This document shows, one piece after another, positions 57,840-64,000 of a stretch of DNA of 64,000 nucleotides. The stretch covers positions 1 through 64,000 of the forward strand of contig CBDEUM010000037.1 of the NCBI GenBank assembly GCA_965242925.1. The letters are read 5' to 3'. A program made the position numbers and the translations under genes. Source of the DNA: Roseibacillus sp. Its GTDB lineage: Bacteria; Verrucomicrobiota; Verrucomicrobiia; Verrucomicrobiales; Akkermansiaceae. Numbering within the stretch: the first letter of the stretch is position 1; each line of letters begins with the position of its first letter. Under the pieces are notes generated by a model. The model saw only the letters and a list, made by a program, of their open reading frames with translations, was not told the origin of the DNA and did not search any database.

Positions 57840-58070
57840 CGCCAGGGGTTCACCCTGTAGAACTTCCGGTAGGCCATGGGACTCATGTGCCTCACGCTGG
57901 TGAAGACGCGCGTGCAGGAAGACGAAGCGGCTTTGGCGGTTTTTGATCCAGAAGAGAACATCGGGCAGAGCCTCAAGGAGTCCCAGTGCGATTTGACCGG
58001 GGCGCAGTGTTCTCACAAAGTGCTCAAGTCCGGATACCGGTGGAATCGATGTAGATGCCGGGTTCGGCAC
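57840..58070 (-). pseudogene. Internally deleted PAS-AraC transcriptional regulator, divergent from xylA
   Basis: The PAS start LLEALPDVLFWIKNRQSRFVF abuts, in another frame, an AraC C-terminal end TRVFTSVRHMSPMAYRKFY. Confidence 0.65.
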
Positions 58071-58275
58071 TTAGAATTCGCAGGTCCTGAGGAAATTCGT
58101 CCCTGCGGAGTTGAGTTAAATCAGATCCGGGAGGAGTTGGCTTCTTCCGACGATGGCGCAACGATTTTCAACAAGAAGATCCCGGATTTATTTCTGGTCG
58201 GAGAAGAGGCTGCTTTGTAGCGTCTCGTCGCCCTGAACTATCGTGGTTCAGGGCGCCAGACAGTCTTCGCACATC

Positions 58276-59595
58276 ATGTCAGACTACTTCCCCAACGTCT
58301 CCAGGATCGAGTTTGAAGGGCCGGATTCGGACAATCCGCTCTCGTTCCGCCACTACAATCCTGACGAACTGGTCGCCGGGAAAAGCATGAAGGATCACCT
58401 GCGCTTCGGTGCCGCCTATTGGCACTGCATGCGTAACCCCCTGGGGGATCCCTTCGGTGCGGGCACGGCCCTCATGCCATGGGACGACGGGAGCGAGTCG
58501 CTGGACAATGCGCTGGTGCGGGTGCCTGTCTTCTTCGAGTTTCTGGAGAAGTCCCAGATCGATTACTATTGCTTCCACGATCGCGATGTCTCCCCGGAGG
58601 GCGCGACCTGGGCTGAGACGCACGCAAATCTGGAGCGGGTGACGCAGGAATTGAAAGGGGCCCAGGAGCACAGTGGCAAGAAACTGCTCTGGGGGACGGC
58701 CTGCCTGTTTGCCCATCCGCGCTACGCGCAGGGGGCTGCAACCTCGCCGAGTGCTGATGTCTTTGCTTATGCCGCAAGCCAGGTAAAGCATGCTCTTGAG
58801 GCGACCCATGCCCTCGGAGGGGCCGGCTATGTGTTCTGGGGAGGGCGGGAAGGATACGCCTCGCTCATCAACACCGACATGAAGCGCGAACTGGATCACC
58901 TCGCCCAGCTCCTGCACATGGCCGTTGACCACGCCAGGAAGATCGGGTTTACAGGTCAATTTTACATTGAGCCCAAGCCCCGTGAACCCTCCACTCACCA
59001 ATACGATTCGGATGCCGCAGCCTGCCTCAATTTCCTGCGGGAGTATGACCTGCTGGACCACCTGAAGCTCAATATCGAGACTAATCATGCGGAGCTGGCG
59101 GGACACACGATGGAGCATGAGCTTGACGTGGCTTCCGCCGCCGGGGCGCTCGGATCGATCGATGCGAACCGCGGGGACCAGCTGATCGGGTGGGACACCG
59201 ACCAGTTTCCAACCAATATCTATCTCTGCGCCAACATCATGCTGCGGGTCCTCAAGTTGAATGGGGGGCAGGGCTTTACCACGGGGGGCCTGAACTTTGA
59301 TGCCAAGCGGCGCCGCGAATCGCACCTTCCGGAGGATCTCTTCCACGCCCACGTGGGGGGCATGGATGCCTTTGCCCGCGGGCTCAAGATAGCGGCCAGG
59401 ATTATCGAGGACGGACGCTTCGAAGAGTTCGTGAGATCTCGTTATGCGTCCTTCGACAGTGGAGTCGGAGCGGAAATCGAGGCGGGAGCCACTGATCTCG
59501 ATGCGCTGGATTCCCATGCTCTGGGCATTGAGCCCCCACTACTGGCCAGTGGTCGCCAGGAAATGCTTGAAAATCTTCTCAACGATTACCTCTAG
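58276..59595 (+). CDS. xylA: Xylose isomerase (class II)
   Basis: [52 protein letters not shown]. Confidence 0.96.
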   Translation: MSDYFPNVSRIEFEGPDSDNPLSFRHYNPDELVAGKSMKDHLRFGAAYWHCMRNPLGDPFGAGTALMPWDDGSESLDNALVRVPVFFEFLEKSQIDYYCFHDRDVSPEGATWAETHANLERVTQELKGAQEHSGKKLLWGTACLFAHPRYAQGAATSPSADVFAYAASQVKHALEATHALGGAGYVFWGGREGYASLINTDMKRELDHLAQLLHMAVDHARKIGFTGQFYIEPKPREPSTHQYDSDAAACLNFLREYDLLDHLKLNIETNHAELAGHTMEHELDVASAAGALGSIDANRGDQLIGWDTDQFPTNIYLCANIMLRVLKLNGGQGFTTGGLNFDAKRRRESHLPEDLFHAHVGGMDAFARGLKIAARIIEDGRFEEFVRSRYASFDSGVGAEIEAGATDLDALDSHALGIEPPLLASGRQEMLENLLNDYL

Positions 59596-59721
59596 GAATC
59601 AGACGGGGAGGAAAATGTTCTCCGCATTGAGTGGGGCGGATGGCCCACACGGGAAAAACCAGAAATCACCGGGAAATCTTCTGCGCCACTACGAGCGACG
59701 CGGCGCCCTACTATCAGCACG

Positions 59722-61296
59722 ATGCCAACGGTCCTCGGTATAGATTCTTCGACACAGAGCGTGTCGGCGGTGATCCTGGATACCGTCGCGGGAACGATCC
59801 TCCATGAGGAATCAATCAGTTTCGGGGATGATTTGCCTGACTATGGCCAGCCCTCGGGATTTATCCCGGGGGGAGAGAATGGCGAGGTGCACAGTGATCC
59901 GCTCATGTGGCTGGATGCCCTTGAGCTTGTATTTGAGCGTCTGGCTGGGAGCGGAGTTGATCTGTCGCAGATCGAGGCCATTGCGGGGTCCGGTCAACAG
60001 CACGGGAGTGTCTATCTCGATGAGGGCTTTGCGGACACCGTGCAGGCCCTTGACCCGGGAAAACCCCTCAAGTCGCAGATCCTTTCGCATCTCACCCGGC
60101 AGACCGCGCCGATCTGGATGGACACCTCCACCAGTCCGGAGTGTGGCGAAATAGCGAAGGCGGTGGGCGGTGATGCCGAGGTTTGCAGCCGGAGCGGCTC
60201 CATTACGATCGAGCGTTTCACCGGACCTCAGATCCGTCGTTTCGCGAAGATGAGTTACGACAGCTGGGAACTCACCGGGGTGATCCACCTCGTCAGTTCC
60301 TTCATGGCCTCAATCCTGGCGGGGCAGAGCGTGGCGATTGATCACGGCGATGGGGCGGGCATGAACCTGTTGAATCTCGTGTCGGGTGACTGGGATCAAG
60401 ACCTGTTGGAAGCCACCGCTCCGGACCTGCGCGGGAAGCTTCCCCCCGCCCAACCGTCTGCGACGGTGGCAGGGAAGGTGAGCGCGTTCTTTGTTGAAAA
60501 ATACGGGCTTAACCCGGCGTGCGAGGTGGTCCTTTTTTCCGGGGACAATCCCTGCAGTCTGGTGGGAATGGGGGCCTCCAGGCCGGGGAAGGTGGTCATC
60601 AGCCTGGGAACGAGCGACACCCTCTTTGCCGCCATGCCCGAACCGCGGACCGACCCGAACGGATTTGGGCATGTCTTCGGGAATCCCATGGGCGGATTCA
60701 TGAGTCTGATCTGTTTTCTGAATGGCTCGCTCGCGCGTGAGCGGGTGAAGGAGGATCTCGGGCTGGGCTGGTCGGACTTCGATCGGGAAGGCCTGGCCCG
60801 GACACCGGCGGGGAACGAGGGCCGCCTGATGCTTCCGTTCTTTGGTCCGGAAATCACCCCACGGGTGGAGTCCGGTGATGCGGTGTACCGGGGATGGGCG
60901 GACGGGCAGCGCGACCCAGCGTCGGTGGTCCGCGCCCTGCTGGAGGGGCAGTTCCTCAATATGAAGGTCCACTCCCGCTGGCTGGGAGTGGCCCCGGAGA
61001 CGATTTACCTCACCGGTGGCGCCTCGCAGAACGACGGCATCGCCCAGACTGTGGCCAATGTCTTCGGCGTTCCGGTCTCTCGATTGAGCGTGGCGGGGTC
61101 GGCGGCCCTGGGGGCGGGCATGCGGGCAGCCCAGGCGGCCTGCGGCGTCTCGTTGGAATCCCTGGAGGAAGCCTTCTGTCAGCCCGAGGAGGGCTCGACC
61201 GTGGTTCCCGAGGAGGGGACAGGAGAAATCTATGAGGAATTGGAGCAAAAGTGGGTCGCAGCCTTGCACGAGGCCTTTTCGCTCCCTAATGACTGA
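59722..61296 (+). CDS. xylB: Xylulokinase (FGGY family, eukaryote-like subtype)
   Basis: [59 protein letters not shown]; follows xylA. Confidence 0.88.
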   Translation: MPTVLGIDSSTQSVSAVILDTVAGTILHEESISFGDDLPDYGQPSGFIPGGENGEVHSDPLMWLDALELVFERLAGSGVDLSQIEAIAGSGQQHGSVYLDEGFADTVQALDPGKPLKSQILSHLTRQTAPIWMDTSTSPECGEIAKAVGGDAEVCSRSGSITIERFTGPQIRRFAKMSYDSWELTGVIHLVSSFMASILAGQSVAIDHGDGAGMNLLNLVSGDWDQDLLEATAPDLRGKLPPAQPSATVAGKVSAFFVEKYGLNPACEVVLFSGDNPCSLVGMGASRPGKVVISLGTSDTLFAAMPEPRTDPNGFGHVFGNPMGGFMSLICFLNGSLARERVKEDLGLGWSDFDREGLARTPAGNEGRLMLPFFGPEITPRVESGDAVYRGWADGQRDPASVVRALLEGQFLNMKVHSRWLGVAPETIYLTGGASQNDGIAQTVANVFGVPVSRLSVAGSAALGAGMRAAQAACGVSLESLEEAFCQPEEGSTVVPEEGTGEIYEELEQKWVAALHEAFSLPND

Positions 61297-61321
61297 ACGC
61301 AATACGCAACCAGACACTCAG

Positions 61322-62374
61322 ATGGCACGACCAGTAACACTCTTCACCGGCCAGTGGGCCGATCTTTCTCTCGCTGACCTTCTACCGAAGGTCAAGGACA
61401 TGGGCTACGATGGAGTTGAACTCGCCTGCTGGGGTGATCATTTCGACGTCCAGCAAGCGCTCAATGAGGACGGCTACGTGGAAGGGCGCTGGGAGCTTCT
61501 CCAGCAGAACGACATGGTCTGTTACGCCATCTCAAACCATCTGGTGGGTCAGGCGGTGTGCGACAATATCGATGAGCGCCACCAGTCCATCCTTTCGCCC
61601 GTGGTCTGGGGTGATGGTGACCCGGAAGGGGTGCGCCAGCGCGCGGCTCAGGAGATGATCGATACCGCCAAGGCCTGCCGGAAGTTCGTCGATGCCGGGG
61701 CCTCCTACATGGCGGACAAGCCTGCCGGTTCGGGGCGGGCGGTGGTCAACGGATTCACCGGTTCCAGTATCTGGCATTCCATCTACGCGTTCCCGCCGAC
61801 CAGCCAGGAGTACTACCAGAAGGGATTTGATGATTTCGCGGCGCGCTGGAAGCCGATCCTCGATGAGTTCGATGCGGTCAATGTCGACTTCGGACTGGAG
61901 GTGCATCCGACCGAAATCGCCTTTGACATCGCTTCCGCCGCACGGGCCATCGAGGCCGTGGGTGGCCACAGCCGCTTCGGGTTCAACTACGATCCGAGCC
62001 ACCTTGGCTATCAGGGTGTCGACTACGTGAAGTTCATTCGTGATTTCCCGGAGCGCATCTTCCACGTGCATATGAAGGATGCGTGGTGGGGCCATGGCGA
62101 CGGCACGGTGGGCGTCTTTGGCGGACACACCGACTTCACCGACCCCCGCCGCTTCTGGGATTTCCGCTCGGTGGGACGGGGTGACACGGATTTCGAGGAA
62201 ATCATCGTGGCGCTGAACGACATCGCCTATGCCGGGCCACTCTCAGTGGAGTGGGAGGACGGTCGCATGGACCGCATCCACGGGGCGGCTGAGAGCTGTG
62301 CCTTCACGAGGGATCTCGATTTCGCACCCAGCGACGTGATCTTTGACTCGGCCTTCGACAAGGAGAACCAGTAA
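61322..62374 (+). CDS. Sugar phosphate isomerase/epimerase family (AP_endonuc_2) protein
   Basis: [53 protein letters not shown]. Confidence 0.88.
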   Translation: MARPVTLFTGQWADLSLADLLPKVKDMGYDGVELACWGDHFDVQQALNEDGYVEGRWELLQQNDMVCYAISNHLVGQAVCDNIDERHQSILSPVVWGDGDPEGVRQRAAQEMIDTAKACRKFVDAGASYMADKPAGSGRAVVNGFTGSSIWHSIYAFPPTSQEYYQKGFDDFAARWKPILDEFDAVNVDFGLEVHPTEIAFDIASAARAIEAVGGHSRFGFNYDPSHLGYQGVDYVKFIRDFPERIFHVHMKDAWWGHGDGTVGVFGGHTDFTDPRRFWDFRSVGRGDTDFEEIIVALNDIAYAGPLSVEWEDGRMDRIHGAAESCAFTRDLDFAPSDVIFDSAFDKENQ

Positions 62375-62394
62375 TCCGTAATCCGGAGCGAATC

Positions 62395-63471
62395 ATGGCA
62401 ACCAAGGTAGGGGTTATCGGTGCCGGCGGGATGCTGCAGTATCACGCACCCGGCTTCCGGCAGGGTGGTGGTGAACTGGTCGCCATCGCGGACGTGAACC
62501 GGGACGCTGCGCAGGCTTCGGCGGACAGCTGGGAGATTCCCCATGTCTTCGGGGATACCGCCGAGTTTCTCCGGTCTGATATCGATGCGGTGAGCATCAT
62601 CGTCCCCAACAAGTTTCATGCTCCCCTTGCCATCCAGGCACTGGAAGCCGGGAAGCATGTCTTCTGCGAGAAGCCGCCTGCGTTGAATGCGGGCGAGGTG
62701 GAGCAGATGATTGCCGCCGCCGAACAGGCGGGGAAGGTGCTCATGTTCAATTTCAACAATCGGGCCCGGCCCGAGGCGCAGGCCATGATGAAACACATCG
62801 CGGATGGCACGGTGGGCACGATCAACTCCGCGCAGTCGCAATGGATTCGCCGCACCGGTATTCCCGGGTTTGGCGGCTGGTTCACGACCAAGGAGCTGTC
62901 GGGTGGCGGACCGGTCATCGATTTGCTGCACATGATCGATCTGGCCCTCTACTTCATGGGGTATCCCGATCCGGACCATGTGCTGGGGCAGACCTTCGAC
63001 GACTTTATCACTGACAAGTCCTTCAAGGGTCCCTGGGGAATTCCTGACAATGCCGATGGCAAGACCGATGTGGAGGCAGCGGCTCATGGGCTGGTGACCT
63101 TCAAGAGCGGGCAGGTTCTCAGCCTGCGGAATTCCTGGGCGGAGATGAACGAGCGGGAAGTGGTCTCGGTTGTCTTCCAGGGAAGCAGGGCCGGAGGGAA
63201 GGTTGAACGCCTCTTTGGAACCGATGGGCTCGACGAAACTGCCATCGACTCCTGCGAGCTCTACGTGCAGGAAGATGGAGAATCAGTGAACCGGAGCATT
63301 GAGACTGAACCCTGTGAAGACATGGGCCGGATTGGCTCCGCGGCGAATTTCGTGGAGACCATCGAGGGCACGGCTGAACCTCTCAACACGCCTGACGAGG
63401 CTCTCAAGCTCATGAAGATTATTGATGCGCTCTACGAGTCGGCTGACTCGGGGGTGCCGGTTTCACTCTAA
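62395..63471 (+). CDS. Gfo/Idh/MocA family NAD(P) oxidoreductase
   Basis: GVIGAGG, HVFCEKP, GGGPVIDLLHMID. Confidence 0.9.
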   Translation: MATKVGVIGAGGMLQYHAPGFRQGGGELVAIADVNRDAAQASADSWEIPHVFGDTAEFLRSDIDAVSIIVPNKFHAPLAIQALEAGKHVFCEKPPALNAGEVEQMIAAAEQAGKVLMFNFNNRARPEAQAMMKHIADGTVGTINSAQSQWIRRTGIPGFGGWFTTKELSGGGPVIDLLHMIDLALYFMGYPDPDHVLGQTFDDFITDKSFKGPWGIPDNADGKTDVEAAAHGLVTFKSGQVLSLRNSWAEMNEREVVSVVFQGSRAGGKVERLFGTDGLDETAIDSCELYVQEDGESVNRSIETEPCEDMGRIGSAANFVETIEGTAEPLNTPDEALKLMKIIDALYESADSGVPVSL

Positions 63472-63507
63472 GTTAAATTCCGGGAAGCGGGGCGCTTGCC
63501 CGGCATA

Positions 63508-63584
63508 TCTCACAACTCACGACTCACGACTCACGACTCACGACTCACGACTCACGACTCACGACTCACGACTCACGACTCATG
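63508..63584 (+). repeat. Heptamer tandem repeat (ACTCACG)x9 plus two degenerate units
   Basis: Nine perfect copies at 63515-63577, flanked by TCTCACA and ACTCATG; the last unit contains the next ATG. Confidence 0.95.
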
Positions 63585-64000
63585 GCACTCAACAGAAAAC
63601 TCCGCATGGGAATGGTTGGTGGTGGACGCGGTGCGTTCATTGGCGCGGTACACCGCATGGCAGCCAACCTGGATGGCAAGATCGAACTGGTGGCAGGGGC
63701 CTTCTCGTCCGATCCCGAGAAATCAAAGCTCAGCGGCGAGGATTTCTTCCTGGATCCTGATCGTGTCTACGGTTCCTACCAGGAGATGGCCGAGAAGGAG
63801 GCCGCGCGGGAGGACCGGATCGATTTTGTAACGATCGTGGTGCAGAACCACCTGCACGTCCCGGTAGCCCGGACCTTCCTGGAAGCGGGTTTCAACGTGA
63901 TCTGCGACAAGCCACTTTCCAGCAACCTCGATGATGCCAAGGAACTGCAGCAGTTGGTGCACTCCAGTGGCAAGGTCTTTTGCCTCACCCACAACTACAC
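63582..64000 (+). CDS. Gfo/Idh/MocA family oxidoreductase (partial, runs off window)
   Basis: Manual translation MALNRKLRMGMVGGGRGAFIGAVHRMAANLDG...NHLH...ICDKP; absent from the ORF track because there is no stop in the window. Confidence 0.9.
   Translation, partial: MALNRKLRMGMVGGGRGAFIGAVHRMAANLDGKIELVAGAFSSDPEKSKLSGEDFFLDPDRVYGSYQEMAEKEAAREDRIDFVTIVVQNHLHVPVARTFLEAGFNVICDKPLSSNLDDAKELQQLVHSSGKVFCLTHNY

Noticed and set aside
56440..58240. Intact mobile element or prophage
   Set aside because: No transposase, integrase, tRNA target or long terminal repeats are visible; only a TA module and remnants.
63508..63584. CRISPR array
   Set aside because: Contiguous 7-nt units with no spacers and no cas genes.

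Overview
GC-rich bacterial chromosome segment from a PVC-superphylum organism, most likely Verrucomicrobiota or a planctomycete. This is inferred from three PSD1/DUF1501 gene pairs, a DUF1592/DUF1552 pair, a PVC-type CxxCH dehydrogenase, sulfatases and DUF1080 proteins. It holds about 38 genes, mostly for periplasmic redox and carbohydrate functions, plus a DEAD-box helicase, tricorn protease, hybrid kinase, acpH, a VapBC-type TA module sitting among gene remnants, and an xylA-xylB-led sugar operon. I saw no rRNA, tRNA, CRISPR array or transposase. The best novel signal is at the left edge. The minus-strand FG-GAP lipoprotein ORF (2789->894) stops at a UGA that is followed in frame by SFFWRQVVS and by a hairpin with the spacing and CAGGUC apex of the E. 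coli fdhF SECIS. The reading then continues, across a probable +1 sequencing error, into an ASPIC/UnbV domain and a WCAPC thioredoxin-fold domain. This makes it a candidate large secreted selenoprotein. Other leads: a switch-like leader on the helicase gene, an L-hexose-to-tagaturonate-to-fructuronate cluster, an internally deleted AraC regulator facing xylA, and an insert splitting the antitoxin from its toxin. Caveat: seven genes carry single-base +1 frameshifts in short homopolymers, so the consensus probably contains indel errors. All family calls come from motif recognition, not database searches.
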